A stretch of 64,000 bases of DNA from Anaeromyxobacter sp. (GCA_049840735.1 JASGJN010000012.1:32001-96000), one strand, 5' to 3'. Shown: positions 1-11,645, counted from the stretch's first letter. The notes: generated from the letters alone by a model not told the origin. A program made the numbers and translations.

Positions 1-715
1 GCCGGAGCGGATCCACGTCACCCCCAACGGCGTCGAGCCGCGCTTCTTCGAGGCGCGCCGCGCGCCGTCCTCGCCGCGCTATCTGCTGGCGGTGGGCACG
101 ATCGAGCCGCGCAAGAACTTCCCTGCCCTGCTCCAGGCCCTGCGGCACCTGCGGGCCCAGGGACGGGACCTGCGGCTGGTGCTGGCCGGGCGGCGCGCCT
201 GGGGGCCGCCGCTGACCATCGACCGGGACCTGGCCCCGCACGTGGAGCTGCTCGGGCCGGTGCCGGACGAGGAGCTGCCGGGGCTGTACGCCGGGGCCTC
301 CTGCTACGTGCTGCCCTCGCTCTACGAGGGGTTCGGGATCACGCTGGCCGAGGCCATGGCGGTCGGCGTCCCGGCGGTGGCGAGCGACATCCCGGCGCTG
401 CGCGAGGTGGGCGGCGACACGGTCCGCTACGCCGACCCCCGCGCGCCGGCCTCGCTGGCCGCGGCCATCGGGGCCGCGCTGGACGACCGGACGGGCAGCG
501 CCGTGCGGGCGCTGGCGGCCCGGGAGCGGGCGCGGCGCTTCCGCTGGGAGGCGGCCGCGGAGACCACGCTGCGCGTGTACGAGCAGGCCCTGGCCACGGC
601 GCCGCGCCGCCAGCCGCGCCGGGCCCAGGTGCTGCCGCTGCAGCGGCGCGAGGTGGCGCTGGCCGCGCCGCTGGTGGAGTCGCGGGCGCCGGCCGCCGGC
701 GAGGGCGGCGGGTAG
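1..715 (+). CDS. Glycosyltransferase family 4 (GT-B), 5'-truncated by window edge
   Basis: GTIEPRKN and PSLYEGFG...EAMA.G.P motifs; frame open from window start. Confidence 0.9.
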   Translation, partial: PERIHVTPNGVEPRFFEARRAPSSPRYLLAVGTIEPRKNFPALLQALRHLRAQGRDLRLVLAGRRAWGPPLTIDRDLAPHVELLGPVPDEELPGLYAGASCYVLPSLYEGFGITLAEAMAVGVPAVASDIPALREVGGDTVRYADPRAPASLAAAIGAALDDRTGSAVRALAARERARRFRWEAAAETTLRVYEQALATAPRRQPRRAQVLPLQRREVALAAPLVESRAPAAGEGGG

Positions 716-734
716 CGGCCGCGCGCCGGGCGGC

Positions 735-1817
735 TCAGCGCGCCCGCTGCACGGCCCACAGCCCGGCCGCCACGAAGACCAGGTTGGGCAGCCAGGCGGC
801 GATCCAGGGGTGCACGGTGCCGGAGAGCCCCAGCGCCCAGGTCACGCCCTGCATGGCCCAGAACAGCAGCGACACGCCCACCCCCTCCACCAGCGCCGCC
901 GCCATGTGCCCCTTGCGCGCGGCCCGCAGCGCCAGCGCGATGGCCAGCAGCGCGCCGGGCACGCCGGAGAACGGGTAGGCCAGCCGGTTGTAGCGCTCGA
1001 GCTCGAACGCGGCGACCTCCAGCCCCAGCCGGCGGCGCAGCTTGATCTGCGCCAGCAGCGTGTTCCAGGGCATCTGCGAGGGGCGGCCGGGGATGACGGC
1101 GAAGGCCTCGGGGGCCTCGTCGAACCGGTAGCGCGCCTCCGCCGCCTGCCGGTACCGGAGCGTCCCGTCGGGCAGGAAGGTCCAATCCTCCACGTCGGAC
1201 AGGACCCAGTCCTTGCCCTCCGGGCGCATGTGGCCGGCGTCGATGCGCCGGACCAGGTGCAGCTCCGGGTCGAGCTCCAGCACGGTGATGTGCTCGAAGC
1301 CGCCGCCCGGCAGCGCGCCGCGCAGGTGGTAGACGTGGCGGCCGTCGCGGCCGCGGAACCAGCGCTTGGGCTCGCGGGCCGCCTCGTAGCGGCGCCGGTC
1401 GCCGCCGCGCCCGAAGCGGAGGGCGCGGATGGTCTCGGCCCGGTCCTCGGCCCGCACCCCCACCACCTCGTGCAGCACCACCAGCACGCCGCCGCAGAGC
1501 AGCACCACCGCGATGGCCGGGACGGCCAGGCGCCAGGGGCCGAGCCCGAGCGCGCGCATGGCCACGTACTCGCGGGTCTGGCGGAAGCTGGAGGCGGCCA
1601 GGCCGGCCCCCAGCAGCATGGCGGCGGGGGCCACCTGCCGGCTCACCACCAGCGCGAAGTTGGCGTAGAGCTCCAGCACCGCCGGGACCCAGCCCGGGCC
1701 CTTGAAGCTGCCGGCGTTGTCGACGTAGTCGACGGCCACGAAGATGGCCACCACGCCCAGCAGCGCGGCCAGGGTGGCCCAGAGCGTCCGCATGGCCACG
1801 TAGCGCCCGAGGATCAC
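735..1817 (-). CDS. lptG: LptF/LptG family LPS export permease (LptG-like)
   Basis: GTG start (VILGRYV...), multi-TM, E-x-x-AMRALG and WIAAWLPN motifs; overlaps stop of LptF-like gene. Confidence 0.8.
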   Translation of the reverse strand: MILGRYVAMRTLWATLAALLGVVAIFVAVDYVDNAGSFKGPGWVPAVLELYANFALVVSRQVAPAAMLLGAGLAASSFRQTREYVAMRALGLGPWRLAVPAIAVVLLCGGVLVVLHEVVGVRAEDRAETIRALRFGRGGDRRRYEAAREPKRWFRGRDGRHVYHLRGALPGGGFEHITVLELDPELHLVRRIDAGHMRPEGKDWVLSDVEDWTFLPDGTLRYRQAAEARYRFDEAPEAFAVIPGRPSQMPWNTLLAQIKLRRRLGLEVAAFELERYNRLAYPFSGVPGALLAIALALRAARKGHMAAALVEGVGVSLLFWAMQGVTWALGLSGTVHPWIAAWLPNLVFVAAGLWAVQRAR

Positions 1818-2930
1818 CGGACCGCCCCCACGCCGCGCCTGGCCAGGAGGGCCAGCAGCACCAGCCCGGCCCCGCCCAGCACCAGGTTGGACAGCTCCAG
1901 GCCGATCCAGCCCGGCAGCCGGCCGGCCTGCACCAGGGTCTCGCCGCTGCGGAGCAGCAGGTAGTGGAGCAGCATCACCACGAAGGTGCTCCCCACGCCG
2001 AAGGCCCGTCCGGCGAAGCGCGAGGCGCCCAGCGGGACGGCCAGCAGGGCGAAGGCGATCACGGCCAGCGCCGAGGCGATCTTGCGGTGCAGGTAGCCGT
2101 CGAGCCGCCAGGCCTGCTTCTCGTCGTTGCGCGCCCGCGCCTCGGCCATGGCGGCGCGGAGCTGGCCGACGGTCTGCTCGCGCGAGGAGCGACCCAGGCC
2201 GTCCTGCGGGCCGATGGACACCACCAGGCTGGCGCGCTCGAACTCGGGAACCGCGTAGTCGTCGGCCTCCCCCTCGCCGCGGTGGACCTCGCCGTCCACC
2301 AGCTCCAGCCGCATCTCCTGGCCGGCGCCGATGGGGGCCAGCCCGCCGTGGCGGGACAGCGCCAGCACCGGCGCGTCGGGGTTGGAGCGGTCGTGGATGA
2401 GGACGTTCTCCCAGCGCCCCGCGTCGGTGACGCGCTCGGCGAAGAGCGTGTACCCCGGGATGTCGTCGTAGAAGACGCCGGGGCGCACGCCGCGGGCCAC
2501 GTTCTGCTTCACGATGTCGTTCATGCGCAGCCGCGAGGCCCGCAGCCCCCACGGCTCCAGCTGGAGCGACATCCAGACGCCGAGCGCCCCGGCCAGCAGG
2601 GCCAGGATCAGCGGGACCCGCACCAGCCGCGCCGGGGACAGGCCCGCCGCGCCCATGGCCACAATCTCGCGGTCCTCGGCCAGGCGCCCCACCCCCAGCA
2701 CCGCGCCCAGCAGGAAGGCGATGGGGAGCACCTGCACGATGAAGGCCGGCAGGAGCGTGACGATGGCCATGCCCACGTCACCGAGCGACACGCCCGAGCC
2801 GAAGAGCAGCTGCGCGCGCCCCAGGATGGCGGTGGCCAGCATGAGCTGCGTCAGGAAGAGCAGCCCCGCGCCCAGGGGCTGGAGGATCTCCTTCGCCAGG
2901 TAGCGATCGAGACCCCCACCGGCCGGTCAC
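1814..2930 (-). CDS. lptF: LptF/LptG family permease (LptF-like); 1-nt shift in a G run just after the start
   Basis: [10 protein letters not shown]...[22 protein letters not shown] overlap with purE stop. Confidence 0.8.
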
Positions 2931-3441
2931 CCCGCGGCGTCGAGCTTGGCCTGGAGCGCCTGGTCCTTGGCCTCGACCTCGCGGGCCATCTTCTGGCGCT
3001 GCGCGCGGACCGCCTCGGCCACCCGCGCGTCGGAGCGGGCGATGATGCGCGCCGCCAGCAGCCCGGCGTTGCGCGCGCCGGCCTTGCCGATGGCCAGGGT
3101 GCCCACCGGCACGCCGGCGGGCATCTGCGCCGTGGCGAGGAGCGCGTCCATGCCCTTCAGGTCGCTGCCTGCCAGCGGGACGCCCAGCACCGGCAGCTCG
3201 GTCTCGGCCGCGCAGACGCCGGCCAGGTGGGCCGCCGCGCCGGCGCCGCAGAATCAGCACCTGGATGCCGCGGCCGGCTGCCTCGCGGGCCAGCTTGCCG
3301 GTCCGCTCCGGGGTGCGGTGCGCCGACGAGACGTGCACCTCGCTGGCGATGCCCAGCTCCTCCAGCGCCTTCCTGGCCTCGGCCATCACGTCCCAGTCCG
3401 AGTCCGAGGCCCATGAGGATCAGCACCTGCGGGTTGCTCAC
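2927..3441 (-). CDS. purE: N5-CAIR mutase PurE (two apparent frameshifts, about 3410 and 3253)
   Basis: [31 protein letters not shown] across three frames. Confidence 0.95.
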
Positions 3442-4702
3442 GGCTTCCTCCCGATGTCACGGCGGTGCTGGGCACCGCGGGAAGTGGACGCGCGCCACCG
3501 CGCGGTAGGCGCGGTCGGCGGCGTCGTCCAGCCCCTGGCCGAGCGCGCAGACGGTGAGCACGCGCCCCCCGCTCGTCACCACGCGGCCGTCCGGCCCGCC
3601 GGCGGTGCCGGCGTGGAACACCTGCGTGTCGGGCTCGAACGGCCCGGCCAGCCCGTCGATGGCGTCGCCCTTCGCGACGTCGCCCGGGTAGCCGCCGGCC
3701 GCCAGCACCACGCCCACCGCGGCGCGGGGGTCGAAGTCGATGGCCACGCCGGAGAGGTCGCCGCGGGCCGAGGCCACCAGCGCCGGCACCACGTCGCTGG
3801 CCATGCGGAGCAGGATGGGCTGGGTCTCGGGATCGCCCAGCCGCGCGTTGAACTCCAGCACGCGGGGGCCGCGCGGCGTGAGCATCAGGCCGGCGTAGAG
3901 CGCGCCGCGGAAGGGCCGGCCGCGCCGGGCCAGCTCGCGCACGGCCGGGAGCAGCACGTTCCGCTCCACCATGGCCGCCACCTCGGGGGTGACGTTGGGC
4001 GTGGGCGAGAAGGCGCCCATGCCGCCGGTGTTGGGGCCCTGGTCGCCGTCGAAGATGCGCTTGTGATCCTGCGCGGCGGCCAGCAGCCGGACCCGCTCAC
4101 CGTCGGTGAAGCAGATGCAGCTCGCCTCGGGCCCCTCCAGCCGCTCCTCCACCACCACCCGGGCGCCGGCGCCGCCGAAGGCGCGCGCCTCCAGGATGGA
4201 GCGGAGCGCCGCCTCGACCTCGGCCAGGTCCCCGCAGACCACCACGCCCTTGCCGGCGGCCAGGCCGTCGGCCTTGACCACCACCCGCCCGCCCCGCTCG
4301 CGGGCCCAGGCCAGCGCCGGGGCCACCTCGGAGAAGGTGCCGTACTCGGCGGTGGGGATGCCGGCGGCGGCCATGACGTCCTTGGCGAACGCCTTGGAGC
4401 CCTCGAATCTCGGCCGCGGCCGCGGTGGGGCCGAAGGCCAGGATGCCGGCGGCGGTGAGCCGGTCCACCAGGCCCGCCACCAGCGGGGCCTCCGGGCCGA
4501 CCACCACCAGGTCGATGGCGTTCTCCCGGGCCCAGGCGGTCAGGCCGTCCACGTCGTCCGCGCGCAGCGCGACCAGCGTGGCCACCTGCCCGATGCCGGG
4601 GTTGCCGGGGGCAGCGTAGAGGGCGCGGACCAGCGGGCTCCGCGAGATCTTCCAGGCGAGGGCGTGCTCGCGACCGCCCGATCCGACGACGAGGACTCGC
4701 AT
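3438..4702 (-). CDS. purD: Phosphoribosylamine--glycine ligase (frameshifts about 4407 and 3478)
   Basis: [52 protein letters not shown]. Confidence 0.97.
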
Positions 4703-4774
4703 GAGAGCCAGGGCTTATAGCACGCCCCGGGCCGGGCTGGCTGGGCTCGCGGGGCCTGCGGTGACCGGCCACCC

Positions 4775-6871
4775 TCAGGGCGGCGCCGGTGCGTCCTGGA
4801 GCGCCGCCAGGGCGGCCCGGGCCGCAGGGATCTCGGGCTCTTCCCTCACCAGGGCGGCCAGGGTGTCGCGGGCCTCGCCCCGGGCCCCCCGGGCCTCCAG
4901 GAGCCGGGCCAGGTCCAGGCGCGCGGTGGCCAGGTCTGGCGCGGCGGCCAGGGCGGCGCGCAGGAGCCGCTCGGCCTCGTCCGGCTGCCCCGTCGCGGCC
5001 AGCGCCCGGGCGCCCACCACCAGCACCAGCGGCTCGCCCGGCCCGGCCTGCAGCGCGGCCTGGGCCAGCCGCGCGGCGGCGGCGCGCTCCCCCGTGTCGA
5101 GCGCCACCTGCGCCCGGATGGCCAGGGGCAGCGCCGACTGGGGCGAGGCCTGCTGCGCCCCCCGCGCCAGCCGCTCGGCCTCGCGGGTGTGGCCGAGCAC
5201 CAGCTCGGCGCAGGCGGCGGCGGCCAGCGCGCGGCGCGCGGTGGGCGGCTCCGCGGCGGCCAGCGCGGCCAGGCGGGAGGAGGCCTCGGCCACCGGCGCG
5301 GGCCCCTCCCAGAAGTCGGTGGGCATGCGGCGCAGGCGGCCGTCGAGCGGATCGCGGCGGAGCGCCTCGTCGGCCAGCTGCAGGGCCAGCCCGGAGGCGC
5401 GGAGGCGCAGCAGCCCGCCGGCCACCGCGAGGAGCGCGGCCGGGTCGCGGGCCGCCGGCCGGGCCAGGGCGCGGTAGGCCCGCTCCGCCTCGTCCAGATC
5501 GCCCAGCTCGGCCACCCGCGCGGCCAGCAGCAGCTGCACGCGCGGCCCGCCGCCCTCGGCCACCACGCCGGCCGCCAGGCGCAGCGCCGGCAGGTCCCCC
5601 GCCGCGTGGGCCAGCAGCGCCTCCTGGAACCGGGCCGGACCGTTTCCCGGCACCCTGCGCAGCGCCTCGCCCACCGCCGCGCGGGCGCCCGCGGGATCGC
5701 CGCTGGCGCGGGCCACGGCCGCCCGGTGCGCGAGGATCCGGGCCGCCTCGAAGTCGTCCGGGTGGCGCGCCAGGGCCTGGTCGAGCAGGCGGGCGGCGGC
5801 GGGGAGATCGCCCTCGAGCTGGTAGGCGTTGCGGGCGGCCAGCAGCAGCGGCGTGGCGGCACGCGGATCGGCGACCGCCCAGCGGTCCAGCGCCGCCCGC
5901 GCCGCGTGCGGCCGATCGAGGGCCAGCTCGGTCTCGGCCAGCAGCTCCAGCGCGCCGCCGTGGTCGGGGTCCAGGGCCAGCCGCTCGCGGGCCAGCGCGC
6001 GCGCGCCGGGCGCGTCGCCGGATGCCCAGCGGCTGCGGCACGCCGCGGTGAGGAGGCGCCGGTCCCCCGGGTGGGCGCGGGCCGCGGCGGTGAGCGCGGC
6101 GGCGGCCGCCGCGGGGTGGCGCTGCAGCTCGCAGAGCCCGGCGGCGAGCTGCACGCCCGCATCGCCAGGAGCGGCCGCCAGCGCACCCTCCGCCACGCGC
6201 GCGGCCTCGGCGCGGTTGGAGGGGCTGGGAACGGCGAGCAGCAGCCGGGCGTAGGCGGCCTGCAGCCGAGCGTCGCCGGGGACCCGGGCAGTGACCTCGC
6301 GCAGCACCGCGTGGGCGCGCAGCAGCTCCGCGCCGTCGAGCAGCTCGGTGCGGGCCTCGACCAGCGCCGTCGCGTAGCCTGCGACCGCCTCGACGCGGGC
6401 GGGATCGGCCGCCAGCGCGGCGCGGAAGTCGCCCAGGGCGGCGCGAGCGCGGGCCGGCGTGTCCGCGGCCAGCCCGGCCTCACCGGATTGCAGCAGGGCG
6501 GCGGCGTCGGACGAGGCTCCCGAGGCGGGGAGCTTGCCGGCGGCGCGCCAGGCGGCCACGGCCTGGGCGACCGCCTGCGGATCCTGCTCGGCGGGAGGGG
6601 CGCGCCAGGCCTGGAAGCGCCTCCAGGCAGCGGGGAGGCCAACCCAGCAGGCGCCGCCGAGGGCGGCGGCGAGGAGCAGGGCCAGGGTCGCGAGGCCGAG
6701 GCGGCGGAGCACGGCGCCGGAGGCGCGGGCAGGAGGGACCGCGGGGTCGCCGGCAAGCACGGCGGTGGTGCCGACGATGGTCCGGCAGGCTGGGCACCCT
6801 GGCACCGAGCCCGGGCGCGCGTCGTCCGAGTCGTGGACGGCGAAGCAGCGGGCGCAGGTGGTGGCGGGCAT
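4775..6871 (-). CDS. Membrane-anchored TPR-repeat protein with N-terminal CxxC..CxxC zinc ribbon
   Basis: CARC...CPAC, one TM segment, repeated ALxxDP TPR-like helices. Confidence 0.7.
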   Translation of the reverse strand: MPATTCARCFAVHDSDDARPGSVPGCPACRTIVGTTAVLAGDPAVPPARASGAVLRRLGLATLALLLAAALGGACWVGLPAAWRRFQAWRAPPAEQDPQAVAQAVAAWRAAGKLPASGASSDAAALLQSGEAGLAADTPARARAALGDFRAALAADPARVEAVAGYATALVEARTELLDGAELLRAHAVLREVTARVPGDARLQAAYARLLLAVPSPSNRAEAARVAEGALAAAPGDAGVQLAAGLCELQRHPAAAAAALTAAARAHPGDRRLLTAACRSRWASGDAPGARALARERLALDPDHGGALELLAETELALDRPHAARAALDRWAVADPRAATPLLLAARNAYQLEGDLPAAARLLDQALARHPDDFEAARILAHRAAVARASGDPAGARAAVGEALRRVPGNGPARFQEALLAHAAGDLPALRLAAGVVAEGGGPRVQLLLAARVAELGDLDEAERAYRALARPAARDPAALLAVAGGLLRLRASGLALQLADEALRRDPLDGRLRRMPTDFWEGPAPVAEASSRLAALAAAEPPTARRALAAAACAELVLGHTREAERLARGAQQASPQSALPLAIRAQVALDTGERAAAARLAQAALQAGPGEPLVLVVGARALAATGQPDEAERLLRAALAAAPDLATARLDLARLLEARGARGEARDTLAALVREEPEIPAARAALAALQDAPAPP

Positions 6872-6899
6872 GGCGCGAGAGGAGGCTACAGGGATCGAG

Positions 6900-7420
6900 G
6901 GGTGGGGGGGAAGGCGTGGGGGGCTGGCTGGAGGGACTGGGTGTGGCGGGTGGCGGGGCGGGGGTGCGGGGGGGGGCTTGGGGTGAGGGGGGGTGGCGGT
7001 GAGGGGGGCTGGCGGTGAGGGAGGGTGGCGGTGAGGGGGGCTGGTGGCGAGGGGGGCTGGCGGTGAGGGGGGCTGGTGGTGAGGGGGGCTGGTGGTGAGG
7101 GGGGCTGGTGGTGAGGGGGGCTGGTGGTGAGGGGGGCTGGTGGTGAGGGGGGCTGGTGGCGAGGGGGGCTAGTGGCGAGGGGGGCTGGTGGTGAGGGGGG
7201 CTGGTGGTGAGGGGGGCTAGTGGTGAGGGGGGCTGGTGGTGAGGGGGGCTGGTGGTGAGGGGGGCTGGTGGTGAGGGGGGCTGGTGGTGAGGGGGGCTGG
7301 TGGTGAGGGGGGCTGGTGGTGAGGGGGGCTGGTGGTGAGGGGGGCTGGTGGCGGGGCGGGGGGCTGGTGGCGGGGCGGGGGCTGGTGGCGGGGCGGGGGG
7401 CTGGTGGCGGGGCGGGGGGC
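6900..7420. repeat. G-rich tandem repeat, unit about 16 nt GGTGAGGGGGGCTGGT (about 20 copies, degenerate ends)
   Basis: Directly visible; strongly strand-asymmetric. Confidence 0.9.
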
Positions 7421-7592
7421 GATCGGCGCGCGGGGGGCCTGCCGGCGGTGCAGGGCGCAGGGGAACCCCTGCCCCTGCGCCGCGGGCGGTACCGTACTGA
7501 GGGAGAGGGAGGGGGGGCTGGGACGGGGGCGGGGTGGGTAGAGATAGGGTGCGGACGGGGCGGGAACGGGGTCAGGTCGTTCGTGTTTGCGC

Positions 7593-7744
7593 TCACATAC
7601 TCCAGCGCGTGCGCCCTTGGAGTCAACTGAGAGTTACTTACTCCAGCGCGTGCGCCCTTGGGGTTAACTGAGAGTCACTTACTCCAGCGCGTGCGCCCTT
7701 GGGGTCAACTGAGAGTTACTTGCTCCAGCGCGTGCGCCCTTGGA
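7593..7744 (+). repeat. 41-bp tandem repeat x3.7 (consensus TYACTTACTCCAGCGCGTGCGCCCTTGGRGTCAACTGAGAG)
   Basis: Units start at 7593, 7634, 7675, 7716. Confidence 0.95.
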
Positions 7745-7789
7745 GGGGATCCGAAGCGGGGTCACGTCATTGCTGATGACGCTGGGGAT

Positions 7790-7839
7790 CCGTTCGGGCT
7801 GAGCGTAGCGAGCCCGCAGGGCTCGCGGAGTCGAAGCCC
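7790..7839. repeat. REP-like palindromic element family A (CCGTTCG..CTGAGCG...GGAGTCGAAG)
   Basis: Second copy at 29584-29621; internal hairpin GCGAGCCC-GCA-GGGCTCGC. Confidence 0.7.
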
Positions 7840-8118
7840 AGGCGCCGTGAGGCCCCGGCGCTGGAGCAAGTGGGGCGTCTCGCGGCCTTTGCCGGATTTC
7901 GCTTGACGTGAATTGGGCGCGGCGCGGTTTCCGCGGCGCGGCTCCGCCGGAAACGCCTCTCCTGCAATGCTCTGCGTGATCTCCCGGACGTGCCGGGAGG
8001 CGCGTGGGGGAGCGGAGATGGGCTCGCGAGATCTCGCCTCCTGGGCGGCGCCAGGGGCCTCGGCGAGCACCTCGAAAACCGGGCTTACGATGGCGTCCTC
8101 TGCTGGAGGTGCACGCCA

Positions 8119-9342
8119 ATGAACGCCCGACTCGATGTGCTCGACAACAGCTCCCTCATCGCCCGGCTGCACGCTCTCGCCTCGGACGAGCGCGGCTTCA
8201 AGGTCGGGTTCCTGCTGGTGCTGGCGGAGGTGGAGCGGCGGAAGCTCTACCTGGAGCAGGGCTACCCGTCGCTCTGGGCCTACTGCCGGGAGGTGCTCCA
8301 CCTCTCCGAGGACGGCGCCTACCGCCGCATCACGGCCATGCGGCTGCTGTCCCGGTTCCCCTCCCTCGAGGCGCCGCTGCGCGAGGGCAGGCTCTCGCTC
8401 TCCACGCTGGGAATGCTGCGCGACGTGCTGACCGAGGAGAACCTGGAGGAGCTGGTCGGGAGCGCCGCCTTCAAGTCCAAGGCCGAGGTGGAGCGGCTGG
8501 TGGTGACCCTCAAGCCCCGCGAGGTGCCCAAGGACGGGGTGCGTCGGCTCCCTTCTACGCCCCCTGCCGCTTCCCAGCCCCGTCCGGTGGATCCAGCGGG
8601 TGTGACTGCACTGGCGCTCGCGCCGGCCGAGGCGGGCCCGTCCCAGCACCAGGAACCGGCCGTCCCCACGGCGCCTTCCCTTTCCCCCAGCCGCCCCGAG
8701 CTTCACCCGGTCAACGCGGAGCAGTGGTCGATGCGCGTCACGCTCGACGAGGCGGCGCACGCTGACCTCGAGACGCTCCGTGAACTCCTTTCCCACAAGG
8801 TGCCGGACGGCAACCTGGCCGACGTGCTCAAGGAGGCGCTCCGTTGCGCCGTGGAGAAGCACACCAAGCGAAAGGGTGCGGTGGAGGTGAACAGGGCGGC
8901 GGCTCCTGCGCCCGAGGTCTCGACGTCGGCTACGGTCTCCGCACCTGTTCCGGCTCCGGCGGCTCCGGCCTCCTCCACTGACCCGCTCCCGCTCTTCGCC
9001 ACCGCCTACCGCTTCGACCCTCGCACCGTCACGGCCGAAGTTCGCCGCGAAGTCTGGGCGCGCGATGGCGGCTGCTGCTCCTACGTCTCCCCGGACGGCC
9101 GCCGCTGCTGCAGCCGCTGGCAGCTGGAGCTGGACCACATCGACCCGGAGGCGATGGGCGGGCCAGCGACGATCTCCAACCTCCGGCTCCGCTGCCGGGG
9201 GCACAACCTCTGGGCGGCGGTGCAGTCCTACGGCCGCGAGAAGATGGCGGCCTTCGTCCCTTCCCTCTCCCTCTCCCCCTCCCTCTCTCCTTCACTTGCT
9301 CCAGCGCGTGCGCCCTTGGGGTGCGACCTGCGGCGCGGGTGA
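8119..9342 (+). CDS. HNH endonuclease with long N-terminal helical (DUF222-like) region; likely mobile
   Basis: C-terminal RREVWARDGGCC...LELDHI....GG.....NLRLRCRGHN HNH signature; GGAGG RBS before ATG 8119. Confidence 0.88.
   Translation: MNARLDVLDNSSLIARLHALASDERGFKVGFLLVLAEVERRKLYLEQGYPSLWAYCREVLHLSEDGAYRRITAMRLLSRFPSLEAPLREGRLSLSTLGMLRDVLTEENLEELVGSAAFKSKAEVERLVVTLKPREVPKDGVRRLPSTPPAASQPRPVDPAGVTALALAPAEAGPSQHQEPAVPTAPSLSPSRPELHPVNAEQWSMRVTLDEAAHADLETLRELLSHKVPDGNLADVLKEALRCAVEKHTKRKGAVEVNRAAAPAPEVSTSATVSAPVPAPAAPASSTDPLPLFATAYRFDPRTVTAEVRREVWARDGGCCSYVSPDGRRCCSRWQLELDHIDPEAMGGPATISNLRLRCRGHNLWAAVQSYGREKMAAFVPSLSLSPSLSPSLAPARAPLGCDLRRG
9292..9322 (+). repeat. Single direct copy of the 41-bp repeat core at the 3' end of the HNH gene
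   Basis: TCACTTGCTCCAGCGCGTGCGCCCTTGGGGT. Confidence 0.92.
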
Positions 9343-9402
9343 GCGAGCGCGGCGCCAACCCTCGGCAACCTTGGTCACCGACGAACCGACGCCCGTGGGC
9401 GC

Positions 9403-10977
9403 TCAGTGCCGGAAGTGGCGCATCCCGGTGGCCACCATGGCGATCCCGGCGGCGTCGGCGGCGGCGATGGTCTCGGCGTCGCGCACCGAACCGCCCGGCT
9501 GGATGATGGCGGTGGCGCCGGCTGCGGCGATGGCGTCCACGCCGTCGCGGAACGGGAAGAAGGCGTCGGACCCGACGGACGAGCCCTTCACCTCGAGCTG
9601 CGCCTTCATCACGGCGGTCTTCACCGACTCGACGCGGCTGGTCTGGCCGCCGCCGATGGCGGTGGTGCGGTCGTCCTTCGCGAAGACGATGGCGTTGGAC
9701 TTGACGTGCTTCACGACCTTCCAGGCGAAGAGGAGGTCGCGCCACTCCTGCTCGGTGGGCGCACGCTTCGTCATCACCTTGCAGTCCTCGCGGCGCACGG
9801 CGCCGAGGTCGCGGTCCATCACCAGCAGGCCGCCGGTGATGGACCGCAACTCGCGGGCCTCCTCCGGCCGGCGGGTCCAGCTGCTGCGCGGCTGGGCCAG
9901 GCGCGGCGCCTCCAGCAGCCGCAGCCCCTTCTTCGCGGCCAGCAGCGCACGCGCGGCGCCGTCGTAGGCCGGGGCGATCACGCACTCCAGGAAGAGGTCG
10001 GTCAGCTCCTTCGCGGCGGCCTCGTCCACCGGCCGGTTCAGGGCCACGATGCCGCCGAAGGCGGAGACGGGATCGCAGGCGCGGGCGCGGGCGAAGGCCT
10101 CGGCCGGCGTCGCGGCCACGGCCACGCCGCAGGGCGTGTTGTGCTTGATGACCACGCAGGCGACGTCGTCGAACTCCTTCACGCCGGCCAGGGCGGCCTC
10201 GAGGTCGAGCAGGTTGTTGTAGCTGAGCTCCTTGCCCTGGAGCACCTGCGCGAAGGCCACCGTGGGCTCCTGCGGCTCGCGGCCGGCCCGGTAGAACGCG
10301 CCCGCCTGGTGCGGGTTCTCGCCGTACCGGAGGTCCTGCGCCTTGGTGTAGACCGCGCCCAGCGTGGCCGGGAAGCGCGCCGGCTCGGCGTCAGGCGCGG
10401 CCCGGGCCGTCAGGTACTCGCTGATGGCGGCGTCGTAGGCCGCGGTGTGCGCGAACGCCTTCTGCATCAGGCGGAACCGGGTGGCCTCGGAGAGCGCGCC
10501 GGTGGCCTCGAGCTCGCCGGCCACCACCTCGTAGTCGGCCGGGTCCACCACCACGCCCACGTGGGCGGCGTTCTTGGCGGCGCTGCGGACCATGGTCGGC
10601 CCGCCGATGTCGATCTCCTCCACGCACTCGGCGAACGGCCTGCCGGCGGCCACCGCCTCGCGGAAGGGGTAGAGGTTCACCACCACCAGGTCGATGGGCG
10701 GGATGTCCCGGGCCTTCACGTCAGCCTCGTCCTGCGCCAGCCCGCGCCGGTAGAGGATTCCGCCGTGGACGCGGGGGTGGAGCGTCTTGACGCGGCCGCC
10801 CAGGATCTCCGGGGCGGCGGTGTAGTCGCCCACCCCGGTCACCGGCACGCCGGCGTCCGCCAGCGTGCGCTGCGTACCGCCGGTGGAGAGGAGCTCGACG
10901 CCGCGGGCGGCGAGACGCTTGGCAAACGGGACGAGGCCGGTCTTGTCGGAGACGGAGACGAGGGCGCGGCGGACCAT
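9403..10977 (-). CDS. purH: Bifunctional AICAR transformylase/IMP cyclohydrolase
   Basis: [51 protein letters not shown]. Confidence 0.98.
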   Translation of the reverse strand: MVRRALVSVSDKTGLVPFAKRLAARGVELLSTGGTQRTLADAGVPVTGVGDYTAAPEILGGRVKTLHPRVHGGILYRRGLAQDEADVKARDIPPIDLVVVNLYPFREAVAAGRPFAECVEEIDIGGPTMVRSAAKNAAHVGVVVDPADYEVVAGELEATGALSEATRFRLMQKAFAHTAAYDAAISEYLTARAAPDAEPARFPATLGAVYTKAQDLRYGENPHQAGAFYRAGREPQEPTVAFAQVLQGKELSYNNLLDLEAALAGVKEFDDVACVVIKHNTPCGVAVAATPAEAFARARACDPVSAFGGIVALNRPVDEAAAKELTDLFLECVIAPAYDGAARALLAAKKGLRLLEAPRLAQPRSSWTRRPEEARELRSITGGLLVMDRDLGAVRREDCKVMTKRAPTEQEWRDLLFAWKVVKHVKSNAIVFAKDDRTTAIGGGQTSRVESVKTAVMKAQLEVKGSSVGSDAFFPFRDGVDAIAAAGATAIIQPGGSVRDAETIAAADAAGIAMVATGMRHFRH

Positions 10978-11126
10978 GTGGGCACCTCCGGGAAGGGGTG
11001 CCTTGTAGCCAACCGCGCGCACACATGCAACGGGCTGCGGGCCGCGCCCCGGGGGCGCGGCCTCAGGCCTCAGGGGGAAGGGACGGGCGGGGCCCTGGGC
11101 CTGGCCGGTACCGACGCCCGGCCCGG

Positions 11127-11645
<519 letters not shown>

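Noticed and set aside
6886..7626. Pro-rich ORF over the G-rich repeat, and ORFs within the CRISPR and 234-bp arrays
   Set aside because: Products of stop-poor repeats; no RBS or codon-bias support.
7593..7744. 41-bp array as a mini-CRISPR
   Set aside because: Units are near-identical over their whole length; there are no unique spacers.
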